A DNA stretch of 61,764 nucleotides, the filler included, from Nitrospinota bacterium (GTDB lineage Bacteria > JAUXIQ01), in NCBI GenBank assembly GCA_030620925.1. It is 8 parts of 8 records of this genome, joined end to end, with 100 filler letters (N's around TTAATTAATTAA, not from the genome) between each part and the next. Parts side by side here need not be neighbours in the genome. Positions count along the whole stretch, not along the records: positions 42,365 to 54,205 come from JAUXIQ010000024.1; positions 54,306 to 58,700 come from JAUXIQ010000221.1; positions 58,801 to 61,764 come from JAUXIQ010000379.1; 5 more parts are not named here. The stretch is one strand, 5' to 3'. The stretch's first letter is position 1. Each line of letters starts with the position of its first letter. Of the stretch, positions 49,696 through 60,205 are shown in pieces. The notes beneath the pieces were generated by a model, which worked only from the letters and a program-made list of their open reading frames with translations, did no database searches and was not told where the DNA came from. Both the position numbers and the translations under genes were made by a program.

Positions 49696-49991
49696 ACGGG
49701 TACAGGGGGTTCCCATAACTCCCTGAAATCATTCAACTTATTGATTTTCTTAACTTCGAGTTGTAGAAACAATAGAATGAAAAGAAGCAAAAACATTAAT
49801 ACATGTCACATTTTGTCACGAAATAATGGACCAGAATACATGTGGTTGAGTGCCTGTTGCCGAAATTACTCCCCAGCTTGCTGTGGGGAGAGTTCATTCT
49901 TCTAACAAAAGCAGATTCATTGGTTCCTAGGTTATTCAGTTTCCTTAAATACCAAAAGCTGATAAACCTATTACGGCTCTATTTCCTGGAA

Positions 49992-50516
49992 GTGTCAACA
50001 ATTTAGTGTAAATTGCGTTTAATCTAATTGCTTAAAGAAGGGTAGATTGGCGCTCACCTTTCCGACCGGGTTTCCCTTAGTGCCCTCGTTCATATCTGAC
50101 TTGATCTTATTCGTGAGGGTTTCGATATCCAGATTTTATTGAAATTTTGCTAACTGTTAATAGTGGCAAGATATCGAAACTTTTTGCAAGAACTGACCGA
50201 CCACTAGATCTTGCGCCTCCCCCCCTTGAACCAAGAAGCTACCCTATGATCAGCTCAGGTTTAAAACCTTCCCGCCCATCGAAAACCTCCTCTTACCCCA
50301 AAGTAAGCCTATACCCTAACTTAACTTACTGGACCGGTTTATGGGGGGCAGGTCACCATGGAAATCGTTGCAGGTGAGTTCATCTGTAACAAGCTGTTGG
50401 CATTCTCCCTGAAGGAAGAACTACATTGGAGGTCAAACCCGGTCGGAAAGGTGGGCGCCAATCTACCCTTCTTCAAGCAGATAACCCAAAGAGAATGTAC
50501 ACAAAATTGTTGACAC
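49992..50516. mobile_element. Non-autonomous element bounded by 82-bp bipartite inverted repeats, containing an IS3-like remnant
   Basis: 49992-50073 vs 50435-50516: 19 bp (1 mismatch) + 18 bp divergent + 45 bp (2 mismatches); internal TGACCTGCCCCCC...GGTCCA end and a decayed orfA start on the minus strand. Confidence 0.7.
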
Positions 50517-50611
50517 CACAAAAAAAAAGGTTTTATTATGCTTTTCGAACATTTGGTAGGGGCTGAGTGGACGTGTAAATAATCTTCATTAATAAAAGTA
50601 AGGATGAAAAC

Positions 50612-51115
50612 GTGAAATCAACGATAGTAATTTTAATCGCATCGGCTTCTATCGTGATTGGTGGTTCTCTTTTTGCGGGCAAAGCAAAGGATGCTCAACA
50701 GATTACGTCGGAAGAGGAATCCGCTTCTGAGATGCTTTTTGGTTATCAGATCTTATCTCCTCGCGCCGGTGATGCGACCACCGATCTTCGGGTTGAAACA
50801 GGCTGCGATGAGGCAGAACCCCGTAAAGTGATCGTAAAGCTGGGCTGGAAAGTCGCCACGTCTCCGGGGTTGGAGCAGCGCGTTCTTCTGACAATATATA
50901 AAAACGGCTTGGTGACAGGCAAATTCGAATCGAGTGACGCTTTGTCGCCGGAACAGTCTTCACACGTTTTGGAAGGATTAGCCCCGGGTATCATTAACTA
51001 CTGGAGGGTCCTCACCCTTCAGGAGGATGGCTGGGTACCGAGCGAAACAGCGAGTTTCAAAGCGACTGTCTGCATAGCAGACTATGTATCACCACAACCG
51101 CACAAGGCTCAATGA
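50612..51115 (+). CDS. Secreted hypothetical protein with FN3-like pattern
   Basis: Signal peptide; KLGW...LEGLAPGIINYWRV. Confidence 0.65.
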   Translation: MKSTIVILIASASIVIGGSLFAGKAKDAQQITSEEESASEMLFGYQILSPRAGDATTDLRVETGCDEAEPRKVIVKLGWKVATSPGLEQRVLLTIYKNGLVTGKFESSDALSPEQSSHVLEGLAPGIINYWRVLTLQEDGWVPSETASFKATVCIADYVSPQPHKAQ

Positions 51116-51208
51116 GCATCTGTCAGTATGCGCCATGAGGTGATGTCATATACTCATCTTTTAGAATTGAATAGAAGTTGCTCGGAATCGAACAATTGGA
51201 GGTCAGTA

Positions 51209-54205
51209 ATGAAGGAAATTAGAGCAGCCTTGAGACCGTCTATTGCGTTTGCACTTCCTTCGTATCGAAAGCCCCTGACAATTCTTTTCATTGCCGGGAT
51301 AATAAGTGTGGCTATATTAATTGTATCGACACCTGTGTCGGCTTTGGTAACACTTGAAGAAATCAACCCCACCAATTCAGACCTGGATGCGGGGGGCAAC
51401 CCTGATCCCGCCAACCTTCAAGGCCCCGACCCCGATGGCGCCTCCGCCGGCCGCGTTAACGGTCTTGCAAGTGTCGCTGGTAACAATGATATATTCTATG
51501 CTGCCAGCGAATGGGGCGGGCTTTTTAAAACTGTAGACGGTGGATTGACCTGGGTTCGCCTAAACGGTCATCTTCCAGTCGCTACCTGGGATGTGGAGGT
51601 GGACCCGAACAACCCGTCTATCGTATATGCGACCTCTTTCTATGACGGTCGGCTTGATCCTAAATCAGGCATTCAGGTAAGCTATGACGGAGGAAACACA
51701 TGGCTGCGCATGTTGACGTCATACCCTGACCCAGACCTTGAAGGCACATCAGACGATAACACTCCCCCTGGCTTCGTCTGCAATAACAACCGCCGCACGG
51801 AACCTTCGGCATTCGGTATCAGCATCGACCAGGATAACTCCCAGAACGTCTACATCGGCACAAACTGCGGCCTGGCCATCAGCAATGACAGCGGCAGTAC
51901 ATGGGATTTTGTCGATCCCACACCGGCAGACACCGCTTCCGATATATGGGATGTGGTTGTGCACAATGGAATAATAGACGTCTGCGGCAATGACGGCCAT
52001 TTCCGCTCGACCGACGGTGGCTCCTTGTGGACGGTCGGAAGTGCGCTGCCGGGAGGCAATTGCACCCTCGCTATCTCACCGGATGAAGATTATGTCCTTT
52101 TTGCCACGGTTGGTACAAGTATTTTCGAGTCTGATGATGCCGGCGCGAGCTGGACGGCATTGCCCAACCCCAGACCGCAGGGGCGCATCCCGGTCATAAT
52201 AACCAATAACCGATCTGGAACCAACTTTGATCTCTGGTTTGGTGATGTCTCTCTGCACCGAAGGAGTTGTACCACTCCCTCCACTCCAGCCCCGGGCGGA
52301 GCGATCCGCTGCCCCTCTGTTCCGAACGGAACTGACGGGGTAGATAATGACGGTGACGGTAATACGGACGAGGCGGACGAAACCTGGTTCGGCCCTTTTA
52401 CCCGCTCAGTCGGTGCTCATGACGACGCTGGAGACCTTGTTTTCGACACCCAGGCTGCCGACGATGCCTGCCCGATGATTTTCTCCTCTGACGGCGGTGT
52501 CTACTATAACACTGATACCGGTGCAGGCTGTCATAATCCGAACTGGGAGCAGCCGAATGTTACACCGCGTGCGCAGTGGCTGTTTGCTATGGACGGTGCC
52601 GACCAACCGGGTGAGAATGATGAGGACCTTTATTTCGGCACCCAGGACATCGGCTCCTGGGCTACGACCGATGCAGGTGCGGCAAACCCTAGTTGGAGCA
52701 ATAAGGATTGTTGCGATGTGTTTGATATAGTAGCCGATTCTAACAGAGTTCTATATACTGTCTGTTGTTTTGGGGGCGCACGGGCAAACCGTCTTTTCAT
52801 GCGAAACAGTGGTATGACCGGTGGGGGTGAGATAAATAACTATCCGCCCGGCAATCTACCGGGGTTCAGGCCAGACAGTATCATAGACCAGTTCGGGGAC
52901 GATAAGTATGTTCTCGTAACCAGGAGCGGAGTATTCATTACCGATGATATCACCGACTCACCCATTACCTGGACACAACTCGATACCGGCCCTGCCAATG
53001 CATGCGGCGTACAGGCCTCCGTCGACGGCCTAGGCACGCCTACTTTTTACGTCCAGGCCGGAATCTGTAATGAAAGAACAATGGGTAACAACGGAGACCG
53101 GTTGTGGAAATATACCGGTACTGACCCCGGCGGAAGCTGGGTGCGTATCGACACGAATCTGCCTGGCGCCAGTCAGGGCGTCGGTATATTCGCTGCGGAC
53201 TCCAACGACCCCAATGAGCTTTATGCTTCCAATATCAGAACCCTCCTGGGTGGTGGTCCGCAGATGGTATTTTCAAATGATGGTGGTCTGACCTGGGAAA
53301 ACGATGCTGAACTGGATGACATGATGACCGCCGGAGGCTTCTTTAAGTACCGGACTGAACGGGGGCCATCAAACTTTACCCGGTTTCGAGGCTATCCTCA
53401 GCCGACCTTGCTGGCCGTGGACCCGGAAGCACCCGAAATCCTTGTGGCGGGTGGGCGAGATTCAGGCGTGTTTATCAGCGGGAACAGCGGCGAGACATGG
53501 ACTCTGGTGTCCGATCCGTTTGAATCCGATATTTCCGGTATTCCACATGTACCGAGACCGTGGTTCGCTTACTTCGATCATGACACGGCAGGCCAGACAG
53601 ACGTCTACATCGGCACACAAGGACGCGGTGTTTGGAGGCTTTCTTTTACACCACCCCCTGTCGCTGATGCTGATGGCCCTTACATTACCTTCGAAGGGGT
53701 GGACATCGCGTTGGATGGAACCGGCTCCAATGACCCGGACGGCGGACCATTGGATTACGCATGGGATTTAGACGACGACGGTGCTTTCGATGATGCCGGC
53801 ACCTCCACTCCGACTTTTGATATGGTCGGTCAGGACGGTGTTTTTCCCATCGCCCTCCGTGTGACAGATTCAGACACATTCACCGATATCGACGAAACCA
53901 ACGTAATAGTCTTAAATGTGGCGCCCGGTGTAAGCATTGGCTCTGATGCCCCTAAAGACGAGGGATCAATTTTAACAGTGAGCGGCACGGTTACCGACCC
54001 CGGCTGGCTCGAACTCCTGACGGCGACCATCGACTGGGATAATGGAACACCGGTACAACCCATCACAGGAACCTTGGAAAACGTAAGACCCGACGCAACA
54101 CTGGTCTTCAACACAACACACGCTTACGGCGACAACGATAATTACAACATCGAGGTATGCGGTTTCGATGACGATACTTCGACCTGCGATACGACCGCAG
54201 CGCAG
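51209..54205 (+). CDS. Large secreted BNR/Asp-box beta-propeller protein with PKD domains (3' truncated)
   Basis: Repeated S/T-x-D-x-G-x-T/S-W boxes; [17 protein letters not shown]...[20 protein letters not shown]. Confidence 0.85.
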
Positions 54206-54305
54206 NNNNNNNNNNNNNNNNNNNNNNNNNNNNNNNNNNNNNNNNNNNNTTAATTAATTAANNNNNNNNNNNNNNNNNNNNNNNNNNNNNNNNNNNNNNN
54301 NNNNN

Positions 54306-55055
54306 AATGACCAGGGGGCTTGCGAAAAGATGTATGAACTTGCCGAAGGGTATGTATGCGATGAAAGCCAATGATGCCAGGGCGTGAACGTACCACAGGG
54401 CCGTATGGGCGGAGGCCCAGTGCTCTCCAGGTGTGCCCGCCGCGGATATGAGGTGTCCCACGAAAGCGTAGCGGGTGACTTCGGGCGGTGTCCCCTCCAT
54501 GAGGAAGCGGAAACCTTCCGCCACAAACCCGCTGATAACCACCGCCGCCAGCAGGACGACTGCCGTCAGGTCTTCCGGGGTGTTCAGAAGTTGGGGGACT
54601 CTGACGGCTGTCCGGCGAAGGACGGCTATTACCACGCCGGCTATTATCATTGACCCTAACAGGTCGAACATCAGGGCCAGGTGTGGGAGGTCTTTCACGG
54701 CTTCCTCCCCCATTCCCCCGCGGATGTAGGACACTTCGATACCATCGAATATCATGAGGCCCAGGAAGCCCCACAACATGAGCGAATGCATTGCCCAGCG
54801 AGTCTTATCCTCCCTGAAGGATCGCCTCCCGGCGATGAAATCCGCCCCTATCGACTCCAGGATCAGAAGGACCTTCCGGGAGAGAAAGGCACCGGCCGTG
54901 ATACGCGCTATTCTGGCGCTTTTCTCCTGCTTGGTCAGACTCCTTTCCCCCTCCAGGCTCCCCTCCAACCATAAAGATATACGCCTGTACATACCGAGGA
55001 CGAATAGAGCCAGAAAGGGGATGGACATGATGTAGGCGGTGGTGGAAGAGGCCAT
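54306..55055 (-). CDS. NarI/DsrM/HdrE-like membrane b-type cytochrome (3' truncated)
   Basis: WAMHSLMLWGF, SGFVAEG, WYVH, YIPFGKFIH. Confidence 0.85.
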
Positions 55056-55291
55056 CAGCTGTCTTCTTCCTCCTCGATGTACAACCCCCGGGTGCCTTCT
55101 TCCTTCACGGTTTCCATGGGGTGGTTTTTCTTAGTGCAAAAGTTGGGGATGGTTACCAGGGCGGCCGGGCCGCAGTCTACCCGCACTTCCGCTTCTCCTG
55201 CTCCCCGGCTTCTGTTTTCCGCAATGGACCAGAGGGCCGACGGGTCGTTGCGTTTCAGCATGATGTTTAGAATCTTCATTGCTCCTGGCAT
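55055..55291 (-). CDS. Small TusA/YedF-like protein lacking the CPxP motif
   Basis: EVRVDCGPAALVTIPNFC...H...VKEEG resembles the TusA C-terminal half; GGAGG RBS; stop overlaps the next start. Confidence 0.5.
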   Translation of the reverse strand: MPGAMKILNIMLKRNDPSALWSIAENRSRGAGEAEVRVDCGPAALVTIPNFCTKKNHPMETVKEEGTRGLYIEEEEDS

Positions 55292-55814
55292 ACCTCCCGA
55301 AAACCATAATAATATAGCGCGATCGGGACAATTTAAACGAACGAGGGTATATTTGTCAATTTTATAAAAAATATCAGATTATCGACTTCTCCAACGAAAA
55401 TTCTTGGTGAAGGTCCATAAAGGAAGAGGCACAGAGATGCTTAAGCTGCGGATTCTGTTACGACTACAGAAACTGTTACACTTACTGAAACTTTTTGGGC
55501 TATCAAAATGCGTTAATAGCAGAAACGGAAAGCTTTTTCTCAATACACTGACATACAACATATAGTATTACATAGTTAAACTCTTATATGCGCGACCCGA
55601 ATGCCTCTGGCAGGACCCATGGTTAAAAGTTGCTCCATGAGAAACTTCTGAATGGCTTAGGCCTTCTCGCAAGATACTCCTTTGATCTTGGTTCAGAGCA
55701 AAGCTGTCTGATAGGTAGGGATTTGCAATATGCCTAAGACCGGCTACATCAAACACACCTAAATTTAGCCGCTGAACCTCTAATATTAGGGCACATTAGT
55801 CCTTAATTTCTTTG

Positions 55815-55858
55815 TTGACATCAAGGAGAAAGGTGAATAATATAGGGATAGGGGGTAT
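55815..55858 (+). promoter_or_regulatory. Sigma70 promoter with a G-tract resembling a CsoR-family operator half-site
   Basis: TTGACA-N17-TAATAT followed by AGGGATAGGGGGTAT. Confidence 0.55.
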
Positions 55859-55864
55859 CCGTAT

Positions 55865-56161
55865 ATGGAGAATGTCATGGAAGAAGAGCAGATCATTAAA
55901 GTGGAAAACAAGGAGGAAGCGCTTCGGAGACTTGAGCGTATCGAGGGGCAGGTACGAGGCATTAAAAAGATGATACGGGAGGACCGCTATTGCGTTGACG
56001 TCCTCACTCAGGTCTCTTCGGTGCACGAGGCCCTGCGCGGTGTGAGCAAGATCATAATGCGCAACTACCTGGAGGGCTGCGCCACACGAGCCATTAAGGC
56101 AGGCCAAGGAGGAAAGATATACGAGGAACTTATGGAAGTGATCTATAAGTTCGCCAAATAG
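55865..56161 (+). CDS. CsoR/RcnR family transcriptional repressor
   Basis: RLERIEGQVRGIKKMI...RYCVDVLTQ...NYLEGC. Confidence 0.92.
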   Translation: MENVMEEEQIIKVENKEEALRRLERIEGQVRGIKKMIREDRYCVDVLTQVSSVHEALRGVSKIIMRNYLEGCATRAIKAGQGGKIYEELMEVIYKFAK

Positions 56162-56189
56162 TTTCCGCATTTGGAATGGGGAGGGGGAA

Positions 56190-56672
56190 ATGAGAGTCAA
56201 ATTTGCAGTTATTTTTTTCGTCGCATTGCTCGTTTTTGCGGGCACGACTCTGGGCCAGCAGATGAAGATGGGGATGCAGGCGCCGGAGACGCCAGCGGAT
56301 GTCATCACCACCTTCGAAAAGCAGAGGGTGCATCCTGACCAGGCCATGGAGTTTGCGCGAATGCCTATGGGTAAAGACTTCTACGGCAAACTCATCAGTA
56401 AAGTGGATTTCGGTGACGGCGTATTCTTCTCCGTGAGGAAGGCAAAGATACTCCCTGGCGGGGACGTGGGGATAATGACCACCACCGAGATCTGTTACAT
56501 AGAGGGAGGCCTGGGCCTCATCATAGACGCGGAGGGTATGATGGAACCGAAGGTGGTCACCAGGGGGAGCTGGTTCACAGTGCCCGCAGGCTGGAAGCAT
56601 ACCCTGAGAAATATCGGTGAAGAGCCGCTCTACATGACCGTGATACGCGTGGGCCCGGAGGAGATACACTGA
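56190..56672 (+). CDS. Exported Met-rich cupin-domain protein
   Basis: Signal peptide; EICYIEGG and VPAGWKHTLRNIGEEPL cupin motifs. Confidence 0.8.
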   Translation: MRVKFAVIFFVALLVFAGTTLGQQMKMGMQAPETPADVITTFEKQRVHPDQAMEFARMPMGKDFYGKLISKVDFGDGVFFSVRKAKILPGGDVGIMTTTEICYIEGGLGLIIDAEGMMEPKVVTRGSWFTVPAGWKHTLRNIGEEPLYMTVIRVGPEEIH

Positions 56673-56691
56673 AAAGCCACAGAGGGAATGC

Positions 56692-57384
56692 GTGATGGAC
56701 ATATGGGGGCTGGTGGTACTGCCCCTCGGCTTCGGGCTCATCGGCTTTATTACCCCCTGCTCCCTAGGGGTGAACTTGATTCTGCTTGGGTATATTGCGG
56801 GCCGGAAGCGGCGCCAGAGACTTCTGATCACCTCTTCATTCACCCTGGTGCGGGCCCTGTTCCTGAGTGTCATGGGATTCTCGCTGGCCTTGCTGGGCAG
56901 GCAGTTCATGAGCTTTGAATCTGCCTATAAAAGTACTCTGGGCCTGATATTGATGGGGCTGGGAGCGTGGATAATCCTGGGGCAAATAAGGCCGCTGCCC
57001 ATGCCGTCGTTCCTGTCCGTTAGCAACCCTAAGCCCCGTGCCGGGTTGCGGGGTGTCGTGGGCCTGGGCATAGCCTTCGGCTTCACCGTGCCCGCCTGTG
57101 ACATGCCTTTCCTGATGGCGCTTCTGTCCAAGACGGTGCTTACAGGAAACCTTCAACATGGTCTCATTGCGCTGCTCATCTTCGGGTTGGGGACGTCTTT
57201 CCCACTCATAATAATAGGGTCATTCGAGGGTGCGAGTAACGTCCTGCTAAAACTTAAAAAAGGCTCTGCTGCTGCGGTCTCTACCGGTGGCGTCATATTG
57301 GTCTTCGCCGGGCTTTTAAATTTTTCGCCGGACATAATGAGTTTCGTGTTCAGCATCCCGGCGCGATTTTTGACCCTGTTTTGA
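56692..57384 (+). CDS. CcdA/DsbD-beta family membrane electron transporter
   Basis: Six to seven TM helices; GFITPC and VPAC redox cysteines; FGLG. Confidence 0.82.
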   Translation: MMDIWGLVVLPLGFGLIGFITPCSLGVNLILLGYIAGRKRRQRLLITSSFTLVRALFLSVMGFSLALLGRQFMSFESAYKSTLGLILMGLGAWIILGQIRPLPMPSFLSVSNPKPRAGLRGVVGLGIAFGFTVPACDMPFLMALLSKTVLTGNLQHGLIALLIFGLGTSFPLIIIGSFEGASNVLLKLKKGSAAAVSTGGVILVFAGLLNFSPDIMSFVFSIPARFLTLF

Positions 57385-57409
57385 TAGAACTAATTTCAGA
57401 GGGGAGGAT

Positions 57410-58063
57410 ATGAGAAACCATGAAATGAGGGTGTTGCATAGTCCCCTGCTCAACAAAGGCACAACGCTGGTGCTGGCAATAGCAATATTGGCCCTTATAG
57501 CGAGTAGCGTTACCGCAGCCACGGAAACATTCACCATGAGAGTGGATGGCATGAGTTGACCATTCTGCGAGAGGGCTGTGGAATCAGTCCTGAGAAAACA
57601 GGAAGGGGTAATAACGGCGGAGGCCACTTTCTGGAAAAAACAGGCGGTGGTGGAGTATGATCCGGATAAGATTACTCCCCGGGAATTGATCGAGGCCGTG
57701 AATGGCAATTCGCCCTATCGTGCAAGCAGGCTTGGGGGTTCATATCGATTTATGAGCCTGACGATGGAAGGGGATGGGGACAATAGAACAGAAGCACTCA
57801 ACGCCGTGGCGGACGTTCTACATGATTTACCCGGAGTTGAAGTGAGCGCCCTGGACCCGCCGAATGGGAAGCTCTATCTGAAGTACGCGACGGATAAAAT
57901 TTCCGTGGAAAATATAGTAGAAACGGCTAAAAGTAAAACAGGATATAAACTGGTGGCTAAATCCGGCGATTTGCTGGAGAAGGAAGAGGCCGCTATTGCA
58001 GAAGAAAGGGGAAAACTGTTCAAAAAATTCTTACGGCGCCTCATGGGGAAGGACGGTCAATAG
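57410..58063 (+). CDS. Exported HMA-domain selenoprotein (GMS-U-PF-C), 217 aa through in-frame UGA at 57557-57559
   Basis: GGAGG RBS, ATG 57410, signal peptide, TFTMRVDGMS-TGA-PFCERAVESVL in frame with ORF 57578-58063; second HMA-like domain has no Cys. Confidence 0.85.
57572..57591 (+). promoter_or_regulatory. Putative bacterial SECIS element
   Basis: AGGGCTG-TGGAAT-CAGTCCT, 7-bp stem; loop starts 19 nt after the UGA with G at loop position 2. Confidence 0.6.
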
Positions 58064-58077
58064 CGAGAGGCAACCCG

Positions 58078-58503
58078 ATGAAACATAAAAGTAGAAGTAG
58101 AAATATCACCCGAAGAAAGGCCGTACTCCACGCGGCCATTTACATACTGTTCTTGTTACTTCTGTATGTGTCACCTTCAATGGCCACTCACAAGGTGGAC
58201 CACCGCTTCACTGTTTTCGGGAAGGTACGGGAGGGGACCTCCTTTCCGGGGAAACCTCTGCCCGGCAAGATGGTGACCGTCACGTCCGCGAAAACGGGTG
58301 AGATACTGGCCACAGTTTTAACGGATAAGAAGGGCCGTTACTCCCACCTGCTTGATGTGCATAACCAGAACCGGGGCATGAGGATTGTGATAAGCAGCGG
58401 CGGGGCGCGGGAGGAGCTGAAGATAAGCTTCGATCCCTCTAACATAGTGAAAGAGAGGAAGGCGCGCGTGGACCTGATCGTTTTCCCCAAAAATGAAAAA
58501 TAA
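58078..58503 (+). CDS. Exported hypothetical protein, prealbumin/carboxypeptidase-regulatory-like fold
   Basis: Signal peptide, mature N-terminus THKVDH, GKV...TDKKGRY. Confidence 0.65.
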   Translation: MKHKSRSRNITRRKAVLHAAIYILFLLLLYVSPSMATHKVDHRFTVFGKVREGTSFPGKPLPGKMVTVTSAKTGEILATVLTDKKGRYSHLLDVHNQNRGMRIVISSGGAREELKISFDPSNIVKERKARVDLIVFPKNEK

Positions 58504-58549
58504 ACTTTTACAGAACATGAGCGCGTGGCGCGTAAGGGACAAAAAGGTC

Positions 58550-58700
58550 ATGAACAACAATTTTCAAGCAAAAACACTTCACCTCAAAATCGGCGGCTTA
58601 GCCTGCTCTTTTTGCGTGGAAAGCATTAAAAAAGCGCTGCGTAGAATCGAAGGTGTTCAAGAGGTAAACGTGAGTCTTTCCCACGAAGAAACCTTGATTC
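58550..58700 (+). CDS. HMA domain, probably the N-terminus of a P1B heavy-metal ATPase (3' truncated)
   Basis: LKIGGLACSFCVESIKKALRRIEGVQEVNVSL; start could be 58493. Confidence 0.75.
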
Positions 58701-58800
58701 NNNNNNNNNNNNNNNNNNNNNNNNNNNNNNNNNNNNNNNNNNNNTTAATTAATTAANNNNNNNNNNNNNNNNNNNNNNNNNNNNNNNNNNNNNNNNNNNN

Positions 58801-60192
58801 CACCACGCCCTTCCTCGGCGAGTAGTCCCCCCACTCTTCCAGTGGCGTGGCGGCGGGCAAGACCATGTCCGCCATGGCGGTCGTTTCGTCCTGAAAGCTG
58901 GACATGGCCACCTTGAAGGGGACGTTGCCCATAGCCTCTTTAAACCCCGAAGCCTGTGGCAGGTTATAAGCGGGGTTCACGCCGCTAAAGAGTATAAGGT
59001 CGACCTCTCCGGCCTGCATGGACTTGACCAGTTCCGCAAAGCGCCCGTACCCGGGCACTGTAGACAGCGCCGAATTTATCCCAAAGACCACCGTTTTTCC
59101 CACGTTGCCGCAGACATAATTGAGCAGGTTCGCCGCCACAGCGGCGTCCATCCCCACCTTGCCGCCGGCGGTGGTTGAGGGGCCCAGTGCCAGGCCCGGC
59201 CTCGCTTCGGCGAAGGCTCTGGCAAGTTTTAAAATAGTGGCGGCGTGAACGCCGGTGACGGACTGCACCTCATTGGGTGTGAAATCGCGGGACAATTTTT
59301 TCAGCAGGTCCCTCTCTTCCCTACCAAGCGGAGCGCTCCATCCTTTCTCGAGTATCACATGCACCACACCCATGGCCAGGGCGGCTTCGGTGCCGGGTCT
59401 GACCTGCAGCCAGTCATCCGCATTAGCGGCGGCAAGCGACAGGCGCGGCTCCGCGCTGACGAAACGCTTCACTCCATCCTCACGAAAACGGTGCATCTCG
59501 CCGAAGCCCCGGGAATACTCCACGGGTGAGAGCCAGCTATCTATGAAATCGGCCCCCAGGGAGAGGAGCATTTCAGCCTTATCTATCTTATATAGAGGAA
59601 CTTCTTCACGCCCGAAAGTCAGGCCGTTGGCCCCGCGCAGGGTCTCATAGGCGAAGGGCTCGTATACGTAATGCTCCCCAGGGCCGAGGAACTTCAGCCA
59701 ATCGTCAACCAATCCGAGCTGGCTGCCGGTGATGAGCGGGGTCACCACCACCGCTTTGCCATCCCCTCCCCCGATCTTTATAGATTTCAATTTCTCCACG
59801 AGCTTCTTCTCAGCCTCTTCCCAGCCGATCGGCTGGAAACCGCCATCGATGCCTTTGAAAAGGGGCTCCCTCAAGCGGTCGGGATTGTAGAGCCCCTGCA
59901 GCGCCGCCTGCCCCCTGGTGCACAGCGCCCCCATGTTCACCGGATGGTTCGGGTTCCCCTCCGCTTTTATCGCCCTGCCCTCCCGGCATTTTACGTGCAT
60001 GCCGCAGCCCGCCGGGCATTCCCTGCACACGGTGGCGTACCAGTTGGGGATACCGGGGGTGATTTCTTCGGGCGGAATCAGGTAGGGTATGAGGCGCCTG
60101 GCCTCATAGGCCTTGCTCTTTTCAAACAGGGCGAAGGCCCCCGAAAACGCGGTGTATTTAAGAAAACCTCTTCTGTTTATGCCCTTGCTCAA
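58801..60192 (-). CDS. Molybdopterin oxidoreductase family subunit, QrcB/ActB-like (3' truncated)
   Basis: Tat signal NRRGFLK; CRECPAGC...LCTRGQ; YNPDRL; DETTAMAD. Confidence 0.88.
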
Positions 60193-60205
60193 CTCGTCTT
60201 ATACC

